NCBI RefSeq assembly: GCF_011745625.1
Contig: NW_027191462.1
Span: forward strand, 310,001-374,000
Reading direction: 5' to 3'
Source of the DNA: Cladosporium halotolerans
Taxonomy: Eukaryota
Length of the DNA: 64,000 nt
Position 1 is the stretch's first letter; every line of letters begins with the position of its first letter. This document shows, piece after piece, positions 1 to 10,502 of this stretch. The notes below the pieces were generated by a model. The model was not told the origin of the DNA and ran no database searches. It saw only the letters and a program-made list of their open reading frames with translations. A program made the translations under genes and the position numbers.

Positions 1-1850
1 ATGCGGCCTGCACGGTGAAGAGCAAGGCGGAGTGGAGGACTATGGGGTCGCCAGACATAATAATGTTCTTCTCGATCAAGTCGAAAAGAGAGATGCGACA
101 TGCCTCCGTGAGGCCACCAGTGAGCCACCTAGCCTCAGAGTCGGGAATGTTCATAGCACCCTGTGCGATCATCATTAGAACGAGCAAGCTGGCGGCGCGG
201 TCATTATAGCAATGCATGAGCTCATTGGCGTCGAGGATGCCGCGAGATGTCAAAGGGTAATACCGCTCGAAGCAGTTGGCGTATGACCTAAGGAAGTACT
301 CCAGAACACGAGCGGGTGGCAAGATAACAAAGTTAGATCCGCTGTTCGAGTTTGGCGTCATGCGACCGTTGGGAGGAGAGTACTGGCTGGAGTTGTCACG
401 GTGGATGTCGAGGGCCTTGTGGAGAAAGCTTTGTGTAATGGCTAACAACTTGTCCCTGGTGCTTTCGTGCAGCTGCATCACAGTCAGGTGGTCGCCACCG
501 GCAAAGTCAGCCTCGTCCCATCGAGGACTCCAGGTGCTCCAGCCTTCGTGGTTTCGAAGGCTCTGCTCCAGGCGTTCCAGGTTAAGCTTCGCAGTCTTGG
601 GGCACGCACTTGACGGCACAGTTGGTGTGCATCGGAAAACCGACCATGCGTCTTGAGCAGCGATGATTGCGGCCATGTCATTTCTCTGATCCGGTACGGA
701 TGTCGTCGACATCTGCCTGTGGGGGTTCATAATTGCTGCCGAGCTTCCGAGTTCCAGATCAGAGAACGCGCGTTCGACTTTGGGAGTCTCAATGGGGGTG
801 ATCAGCGGTGCTTGCATCTCTGGCATCATGGGCATCATTCCGTCCGGGCCAGGAATCATATGCATAGCGGCGGGATCAAACTGCATGTCAGGGTTCATGA
901 GCAACTCGGGCTGGACAACGTTGTTGACGCCGTCGAAGCCCAGAGGCATCTGCATCTGGCTCCAGTCGAGCATGAAACGGGGACTTGAGCCTGGGTCTGA
1001 GTCCTCAGCGCTCATCTGGTTAAACTCGTCGAATCCGGAAATGGGCGTTGACTGAATGAAACCATTCGGTCCTTGCGGCAAAGGCGGAGACATGTTGGTC
1101 TGTTCAGGGGGTGTAGGTCCGCTGGTATGACCCTCGATGTATTGTGAAGGTGGTCCGTCGACGGTGGGTGCAGTCTGTTTATCCTCTGGTATGCTGTTCA
1201 GATTGCTCTTTGGACTCGCAGGCTTAAGGACGGGAGGTGCCTGTGTAGGGCTGCCGTTGGGCATCTGCGTCTGTGTCTGTGTCTGGGTAGGAGCCTGGCC
1301 GTTCTCGCCCGACGGCACGTTGTGTGGAGGCATGGCGGTCAAGCCCTCTGGAGGGACGACTATTCCCATGCGTGTTGCATTCTTCGACGATCGTCTTGTG
1401 GGGCGGAGTGTGCACTTGAGGTTTCGGCCGGCACATCTCGAGCAAGGAAACTTCTTATCGCACTTGGTCTTTGTTTTGGCGCAATTACTGCAGGCGATGG
1501 GTGTGCGGCCTGCTGATTTGGGGATCATGCCATTGACGGCGGGGATCTCTTGTTGGTTCTGGTCACGTCCGTGGACGGTGTAGTGTCGTTGCAGAAGGTC
1601 CCTGGAGACGTTATTAGCCTACCATACACAGAATCAATCGATCGGATCGATCAAGACGACGAACCTCCTGGCGAAGGACATGTGACAAGTGAAGCATTTG
1701 AACGGTTTGACATTTGTATCTGTTGGACATCGGTCAGTATTCGTCTGAACGATCGACAGGACGATCTGTTGGGGACGAACGTGTCAGGATGTGACGCTCG
1801 AGGTGCTCGTCCCTGGTGAAGGACTGGCCGCAGTAGGTGCAGAAGACCAT
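1..1850 (-). CDS. CMR1: Melanin-regulating transcription factor, Cmr1/Amr1/Pig1/Zmr1 family (two C2H2 fingers + Zn2Cys6); 3' end lies beyond the window
   Basis: Manual splice: exon 1850-1781, intron 1780-1720, exon 1719-1665, intron 1664-1602, exon 1601 to window edge. Gives MVFCTYCGQSFTRDEHLERHILTHTNVKPFKCFTCHMSFARRDLLQRHYTVH then CSNCAKTKTKCDKKFPCSRCAGRNLKC; frame stays open to base 1; divergent from a melanin-type PKS. Confidence 0.93.
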
Positions 1851-2624
1851 GGTGCCGGGCGATCGTCTGTCGACGAAGCAAGTCGATGTGGTCGAGGGAC
1901 AGGCCGGCAATGGAAGGGAGGACGGGGCGTGTACGCAGGACGTTCAGGTGGCAGCGAAGCGAGGGGGAGCCGGGGAGGGTGAGGGCAATAAGACACGGCA
2001 GAAACAAGGTGGCCTGCAACGATGGAGCAGGGCGGCGTAGTAGTATGGGCGGAGGTGATGCGCGCGAACGGGCGAAACGGCGAGCTAACGGGGGCTAGCG
2101 ATAAGATTACAGCAGGCGCAGGATTGAGTTTGGCGGGCTGGGGCGCATGGGCGCAGGCTGGAGGCTTGTCGCTCAGCTTGCAGATCCGCCTGGCGCGCGC
2201 TGGTGATGCGAGTGATGACTTATAGACCGCGCCCGTGCTGCACGTCTGACGGGCCCGGACAGGGAGCAGGCAGGCCCCTGCCGTGCGTGGCTGCGGCTGC
2301 GCGGCGAGGGCTGGGATGCGCGGTAGAGGTGCTGTGCGTCCGCCGTGCAGGGACGGTGAGGGAAGGTAGTCGGTCGGTACGGTAGGTACATGGCCTGAGC
2401 CTGCTGGTGCTTGCAGTGGTGAGCCCGCGGGAGCTCCTGAGTATGAGCCTGAGCCTGAGTATGAGCCTGATGAGTGAGCCTGCGCCTGCTTGAGCCCGAT
2501 AGAGGTGGTGACGGCGCCCGTGATGTGTTGGCGCTGCCTGCTCGCTCGGGTTTGCACGCTGCCGTGAGCCACGATGGACTACTGGGTGGCACGCCATCCG
2601 CCTTCGCCGCGACGGCGACCCAAT

Positions 2625-2664
2625 GCCTGGGAGCCTGGGAGCCTGGGAGCCTGGGAGCCTGGGA
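2625..2664 (+). repeat. Tandem repeat (GCCTGGGA)x5
   Basis: Five perfect 8-bp copies read directly. Confidence 0.95.
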
Positions 2665-4672
2665 CCACCGCTCCAGCCGGCGGGCAGCAGTACTGGCCCA
2701 CGCCACGACACGCTGCCATGCCATGCCGGGTGCCGCGCGATCAGGATCAGCCGTCGGAGCATTCTTCTGCGCGCGCGTCTCGGCGGCCTGCAGCAGCAGC
2801 ACAGGGCGCCAGGCGTGCCCGCTGCGCGATGAGACGCCCACGGACTGCGCTCCTCGCCCATTCTCCACCGCGCCCACCCGCCGCTGCATGAGGTGGATGT
2901 GCGCGATGTGCCCGCCGCCTTTGCCCGCGGGGTGGGCTGCCCGGCTGCCTGGCTGCCTGGCACGGCCGGGTCAGAGCTGGCCGTGCTGCTCCACCGTGTT
3001 GGAGAGTCGCTGGCGGTGCGCTGATGCCTCCGCCGCCGCGAGTATTTTGGGCGTGGGCGCGCACCACCCGCCCAAGGTCCAACACCCGCCCACGGCGCCC
3101 TCGCCCTCGCCCTCGCCCTGCCCTCGCCCTCGCCCTCACCACCCCGCTCGCCCCTGGTTCCTGGCCCTGGCCCTGGCCGCGGGCTGGCTGCGTCTGACGT
3201 TGCGCAGCCGCAGGATGCGGCCCTGGGGCGAGCCTGTGGGCGTGGACGGCGGGCGGCGAGGGCCAGGGCGCGGTGGATGATGCGCGCATGCGCCAAGTTC
3301 GCCTTCCCTGATGTCAGGAGAGACAGCTATGCTGCTGCGGCCCCCGTTTTAGCAGCAGCCCGGCGAGGCAGCTAGGAGGCTGCGGGCCAGCGTATCGGCG
3401 CTACCTGGCTACCTGGTGGCATCAGCTACATCCCTGCTGGCGGCGCGCTGGGCGGCCCTCGAGCCTGCTGCAGCTGCTGCAGGACCCTTTTCTCCTTCCG
3501 GAGCCTGCTGGCAGATAGCGCGCTGAGAAGAGTCGAGTGCCGGAGGGCAGGCGGCCGCATCGGGCAAACACATCGCCAGCGGCCGCGAGGGCGTGCGCGC
3601 CTGTGCGAGCCTGAGCGCATGTGCGAGCCTCAGCAGCGGTAGGGCCAGCGCCGATCTGGCAACACCATCTCTCTCCCACGCGGCCGTGCGACATCGACAC
3701 GCCGTTTCATCCGCCCGGCTGGGGCGCTGCTTTCGCGTGCTCGTGGCAATGGAAATGGAAATGGAATCTTCACGCGGCTCGATTGTGGCAGACGGCGCGC
3801 CCGGTGCAAAGGGCGGCCGCGCGAGGCACAAGGCACGACTCGGCGTCAGAGCCAGCGGCGCCGTCTCGCTTGCCGGCACGACGAACACCCAGTGCCCACA
3901 TCCACAGTTGACTAAGGTAAGGAAGGTGAGGTAGCTATCTCCACATGCAAACCCAGCAGGCGAGGCACGGCGGGCATCCTCTGGGAGCACGCTGAGGGCC
4001 GCCCGGGCGGCAAGCCACGCGCTGCCGCGGCGCCGTCAGTGGCTCTCCTGGATATACCGTATGCACACATCACGGTGAGCGCGCAAGATGCAAGCCGCAC
4101 GGTACCTATCGCCGTCGACGCTGCGCGAGGCTAGCTGGCCGTTCGTACCGTGCAGCGCGGTATCAGTGCGCAAATCTCTCGAGATGCAATCCACACCAGC
4201 GCGGCACCAAGACTCCCCGCAGAGTGATCGCCCGCCGGCGGGCTCGCGAAGGAACCTGGCGCCGATCTCACGCCACCGCGCCATCGCCCTGCAACGGGCG
4301 GGAGCCCACGCTCAGATGCTGCCTCCGCAGTGCGAGCAGCGCGTGGAATCTCGTGCACGCACACACTGCCCGCAGCTCCAGGGCGCCAGATGCGCCATCC
4401 GCCATGCACCACAGTTCAACCGTCCCGACTGCACACGCGAGGCCGCCGTCGCATCAGCACTGGCGGTAGCATAAGCCGCCCGCGCGCATGTTCAATGCGG
4501 CCGCCGCACGCCAGCCGCCGGCACATCCGTGGTCTGCATCCACACGTCAGCGGTCAGCCACAGCTACTGCTCCATCCCAGCAATCGAAGCTGGCCTATAC
4601 CGCGCCTGGCGATCGCTTGCCAAACCGAGATGCAGCAGCTATCGGGCTTTTTCCTTCGCAAGCTCTCTCAGC

Positions 4673-4696
4673 GATAGGAGGATAGGAGGATAGGAG
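4673..4696 (+). repeat. Tandem repeat (GATAGGAG)x3
   Basis: Three perfect 8-bp copies read directly. Confidence 0.9.
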
Positions 4697-7600
4697 CACA
4701 TTTCCCCGACACGCCTGGAGTTTGGGGCGGGCAGCCGCTCTTGCAGGCCGCCAGCAGCCCGTCCTGCCGCCGCCCTTCTCGTCAATCGAATGAATGCCGC
4801 CGAGCCGTCCACAATAATCATCTTCCCTGCCACCTGCGCAAAGCCTGCTTGCTTACCCGCTCCTATCCCCATGCTCGGCTCCACCTTCACAGTACGTTGA
4901 AGGATGCAGTGAATGCATGGGCAAATGTTCGCCGTGGTGAGGAACCTTAAGGGACGGTGGCAGGTCCAACAGACACGGCACGCAGTCTCCACACACGTCT
5001 TCTGCTTGTCGCAGTAAAGCTCTTGACCAAAGCGCTTGACAAGGAACATTCGTTCGCACTTGCCTCCGGACGAACCTTTTGGGCACGCTATCTTGCCGCC
5101 GGCGATCTTCACGAGGCCGAATCCGCTTGCTCGGAATGAGCACCGTTTGGCCTGCGTGGCGATCTGCCAGAGATTGAGTGTGCAGGTACATACAGCTCCA
5201 CTATCAACTTTGGTCGTACCACGAAAGGCTCCCTCGCCGGGGCCCTAGCCACAGCATGATTCGTGAATGGTTCTCCGTGAGATGGCACCATATCAAACGT
5301 TATGCTCACAACAGCTGTCAGCCTGGGTACGCGGCCGGTCAACCATCGGATTAGGAAACCACACATCAAGAACCTCACCTACAGTGTGCATACAGTCCAA
5401 GGAACGGGAGACGAAGCCGACCGTTCCGCTAGCATGTGAAGAAACGTTTTGGTGTAAGTCTTCGAAGATCGTCAGTTTGGGCTAACCCTTCCATCACGAC
5501 AGAATTGGCTCAACGAGCTTCATCCCAACGCTCAATCACGGAGGCTCCGTGAGACACCATTCATGACACGCACAATGTCAACGCACTCATCGAAACCAGT
5601 ATCATTGAGGTATACGGTTCCCCTAGTGTATTTCCATTACAGGCCATCGGAGACAGCTACCATGACGATCTACATGTCCTTCTGGAGAAGCTCCACAAAC
5701 CAGCTCACAATCACAAAGTCGCCACACGCCACGCTTGCGCGAAGACAACAACAAGAAAAGGTTTGAATCACGACATTGCTCCCGCGCTTGCTGTGATTCC
5801 CTGTCCAGGACTTTTACAGGCCTTCTGAGCTATTATGCTCGAGAGGTGCAGGCTTTCTGCCATGCTGTCGCAATCAATACGTTTCAAACTTCGATGGCTC
5901 GTAATCCTTTGCAAGCGACCAACTTGCCAATGCTCAAGTCTTCTGAGCCCTGATTCAGCATTTGTCGTCATCTTGCAGCGGTTAGGTCAACAATGACAAT
6001 AAAGACAAAGTTCTACAATTGCAGCGAGACCCACATTCAGAACGGAGGGCAGTACAACCGAGCAGAGCGGGCAGTAATCTCTGCTATCATCCCAGCAATC
6101 CCTCCACTAGCTGCCTGCCGACGCTGCCGTGATCGAGCACCATCTCAACGGAACGGTATCTCACTCCGCAAATCGCCCTTTGCTATGGTGGAGAAGGACG
6201 AATCTTGCAGGAAGGCCCACTGCTAAGACAAGCGGCGTCAGTGTGCTGCAGCAATGAGTAATCCATTGTGTTTCATGTCGTAGTTGAACAAGTCGCCAGC
6301 GACAATAACCCTGGCGACGAGCGTCGCTAGCACCGCCGGTTCATCGACTTTTGCAAGGACATGCATGTTAGTACAATGCGCATTGCCCCTGGCGGATCTA
6401 TGTATCTGTAAAAACAGCCCGCCGCACTGGGGCATCCGATGCCATTGGTGTGTTGCGTATCTGCTAGTAGGTGACGCAGACGATTTGATTAAATCCGTCC
6501 CGCGACGGGCGGACTCAGGACCGTTGCACCCTGCCCAACGCTTCAGTCAAGATGGGGCATTCGAATTTTTGCGACGCATTATTCCCTTTTCTCACATTGA
6601 CAGACACGCGAGGTTCGATGACTTGAGCATCTGTCACCATCACTGTGTCGATGCGTCCGTCAACGCCCAGCCGATCCAAAGGGTGTGCGATTGGCTCGTG
6701 AAGAAACGTCCGCCAGCTCGCTGACTTCCGGACCGGCGTGCGTCGGATGGCTGGAATGCATTACTCTGTGGCTGAGAGACGGCCTGCACAAAGAGGCGCG
6801 ACTCGTCCCTCGACCACGGCGCCACACACTACTGCAGCCGCGGGGCAGTTACACATCCACGCAGGCGTCGAGATAGCCGAGCACTGCAGCTGCCGCCATC
6901 CGCCACAGAGGCACCCAATCGCTAGCAAGGCCAATATATACATGCAAGACTCTATTGCATTCGATCCCCAAGTGCATTTACCACCACACATCACCGGGAC
7001 CTTATCGCTGCTTTCCAGCTTGCAGGACACAATCGCACCGCCATAGGGCTGGCCAGACGCCGAACCATAACACTCGGCCAATTATTCCTCCCTGTCTCAC
7101 TCCTACATCTGGCCGCGCCTCTTAGCACGCATCAAGTGGAGTGAGCATGGCAATGCGGTCTGACTGAGTTCCACGCTGGCCAAATCACCACCGCCATGTC
7201 GCTTGGGCCTTCATGCGGTCAGGCTTTGCTCCCTGTGGTTGTCGCCATGCTTTGCTACGCTGGATCCCTTGCTGCCGCTGCGCTTCGACGTGCTGCAACG
7301 CACTGCAACGCATGCGCGCAAGCACACCGGTACTCGCCGGGTCCCTTGTCATATGCACTATCAAGCGATCGCGCCTCGTATATGCGCTCGCTGCTGTCTC
7401 GCGCCAGCGCCGCATCGAAGCGACCGCTGACAGCGACCGCTCGAGCAAGGCGAGGTGCGAGCCAGGGCGTTCCCCGGACACTCAAGCGCGCAAGGATGGT
7501 GCTGGTCGCAATACCAGAATACGAAAAGAACAAAAGAGATCCCGCTTGTTCCGCTTCCGATCACACACCATCACGGAGCTCAGAGATACCAAGCTTTCCC

Positions 7601-9060
7601 AGGGTGGCCGCCACCCAAAAATAAACCTCAGGGCCCTTAGCGGGGGACGATGGATGCGTCGCCCAGCAGGAAGCGAGAGCGATCGCCCGGCCCCCAGCCC
7701 AGGGCTCACCTCATGCGACGGACACGAGCGATAATCGATGCTCTCGAAGGGAGCCGCGGGGGTCATGCTGACACCGGCGCCGCGGTGACCGTCTCTCGGC
7801 GCCGTGGTTATCGTGGTGCTCGCCCCGAGTCAAGCAAGCCAGCCCTCGTCAAACCCGCGAGCTTGTGTGCTTCCCCGTATAGCACCCCTCCTTCGCGGCA
7901 GCGCCAGCGCAGGCGTGGCGCATCGGAAAATTATCGAATGGCTGGGTTAGCTGCCTCGCCGATCCGCCCAATCTAGCGTTCAAGCCTGCCGCTGGCCGAG
8001 CGGGCGCCGCGGATCGCTGCGCGTGAGGCATCATCCATCAGTCGCCTGGCGAGCGCCGAAGCATGCCCAGCAGGGCAGACGCTCTGTCGCCCAATCTGGC
8101 GAGCATGGCTTGCTGCGGTCGCGCGGTGGCTTGCGTCGCTGTTCTTATCGTACACTTTGCGCTCGGAGCATTGTTTTTTGAAGCATGCGGGGGGCGTCGA
8201 CGGTCTCGTCGATCGTCATCGCTTGTACCTCCGTACCCCGAATCTTGGGGAAAAGATGCGCGCGCGCCCTTCTCGAGTTCGCTAAGAACGTGGGCGAAAG
8301 TGTAACAAGCGAGATTATTGACAGCCAGCCAGCCAGCCCGCCAGCGCTCTCCCCTATCCTTGGCCGTCTTCGAACCACGGGAATTTCCCGCCAGTTTACC
8401 CTGAGCGCCACACTCAAAGAACACCCCTCCACAACCACCGTGGCAGCGGAAGTCAGCACTCCCTCTTCGGCAGTCCACGCTGGCATTTCCGGGGACGACT
8501 GCGCGCCATCTACGCAAGGCAGCAGCAGCAGCAGCAGCAAGCTCCTCCTGCCGTCTATCAGCGCCATTGGGAAACCCGGCCTGCGATTCGCATATGGCGG
8601 CGCAGAGCACCGCGGATCGATCTGCAACGACGCCGTGCAATCTGACTAACCTACCAAGCGAGGGCGCGGCCTCTGACGCCGTCGACTCGAACCGTCCAAC
8701 CCCTCCGCGAAACGACGTGCACTATCAATCCTCGTCCGCGGCCTTTTGCTTCCAAATCAGCCAGCCCCAATTGATTGCCTGCGGCCTGCCCCGTGCGACC
8801 ACCCACCTGTCAAAGGACGAGGGATCCTGTTACCCCTGCCCCTGCCCGGCCCTGCCCTCGTGACAAGCAGTGCGACCGTCGCACTGAGATCTCACGTGCG
8901 AGACTGCTGCGCTCCGCTCGTGCAACGTCGAACGCGACCCCAAAAAAGAAAAATCATGAAAAAATCAGAGAGAATCCTCATCCCACGCCCTTGAACCCTG
9001 CCGCTTACCCGCATCGGTCGCACCGCAGCAGAGCAGCGCAGAGCAGGCAGCAGAGCAGGC

Positions 9061-9120
9061 AAGGTAAGGCAAGGCAAGGTAATGTACCGCACCGCACCGC
9101 ACCGCACCGCACCGCACCGC
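9061..9120 (+). repeat. Compound microsatellite (AAGGY)x4 followed by (ACCGC)x7
   Basis: aaggt aaggc aaggc aaggt at 9061-9080; accgc x7 at 9086-9120. Confidence 0.92.
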
Positions 9121-10470
9121 ACGCCTGCATCCCGCGTCGCACACGCGGCGTGGCCAACGCCGCCCACCGCGTCGTCGGCACCGGCAGGGCCCTCCCCCTC
9201 CCTCCCTCCCTCTCTGCCTCCCTCCCTCGCGCGCGCGCGCGGTGTCATGTGGCCACGCGTGTGCGACCCAACGCGCCGCAAGCCCGAGAGCGAGAGCGCC
9301 TCGTGGCACGGAGGTTTATGATCTCAGATCTTCCGCGCCGGAGGGGCTTGCTTTCCCCTTCCCTTTCGCCTTTGTCGTTCTGGAGAGAGGTAGGGAGGGT
9401 CGCACTTGCGCGACGCGGACGGGCGTGGTTCGGGCTCTGCTGTGTGGTGGTGGTGGTGGTGGTTTGGAGGCACGGCGTTGCTCGCGCGCGCGCACGCCTT
9501 GCGAAGAAGCGAGGCGGTTGGCTGCTTGTGAGTGAGGTCGTTCGTTCGTGTGGCCGTCGGGAGGCTCAAGGTTGGTTGGTTTATTTCTGTCTTCACCGCC
9601 CTCTCTGCCTCTCTCTCTTTCTCTCTCCCTCCATCCCTTCTCGAGATATATTCGATCGCCAACATCATCCCCGTCCTCGCTTCTCGAAGGTGTGTAGCAC
9701 AGAGCAGCCCTCGCAGTGGTTCCGAGGCAGGCAAGCAGGCAGGCGTGCTTTCTTGTACATTATCTACATGCATGTGCGCGGCGGCAGCAGCAGCAGCAGC
9801 GCTGTAGGCCTCGGCTCCAGATCCCTTCGTTTCTGCCTCGACCGACATCGTCGTCGACGGGATGACCGGCTCGTCGTCATCGTGGTCATCATCATCATGC
9901 TGGAAGAGGCAGTGGGCCTGAGTCAGGAGGACGAGAATCGAAAGTACGTCGCATCTGTCTCTTTCTGTCTCTCAGGTAATGCAATACATGCGTAAGTACG
10001 TACAGATCGCAAGCCGATTATAGAGATAGAGGTGGTCGTCGTGTGGTCTGGTGTGGTCTGGTGTGGCCAACACGCGCGGACCCGCCGCAGCAGCCCTTCC
10101 GACCACACCTCCTTCGCCTCGGGCATTGCCCTGATAAGGAGCACGTATGTAGGCATGTATGTACACCAACCCGCTCGCATTCTCAAATCACATCATCATC
10201 ACCACCATTATCGTCCCCCACCCTCACCTCGCAATCGCAAACCGAACCAACCACCAGAACCTCCCGCTCCCGCTCCTGCTCCTGCTCCTACTCTTGCATC
10301 TGCCCAACGCTTTCCCCCTCCACCACTCAGCGCTCGCGGCCCCCAAGCTTGCCTTCTGCTCTCTGCCCTCTCTGCCAGACACACGAGGAGAAGCTGTGCA
10401 AGCTATACAGCCTTGCAGCTCGCTCGAGGCCGTCAGCCTGCGCGTTCTGCGGTTGCCTACCGTGGGTATG

Positions 10471-10502
10471 ATGGGATGGGGTGGGATGGGATGGGATGGG
10501 GG
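10471..10502 (+). repeat. (ATGGG)n-type repeat with six G-tracts (G-quadruplex motif)
   Basis: atgggatggggtgggatgggatgggatggggg read directly. Confidence 0.85.

Noticed and set aside
1784..4700. Many overlapping 100-360 aa ORFs upstream of CMR1
   Set aside because: GC-rich, repeat-derived R/A/P/G translations in several frames on both strands; no codon bias or motifs.
5735..6226. Two same-frame short ORFs that might be a decayed gene
   Set aside because: No recognisable family or splice structure; insufficient support without a search.
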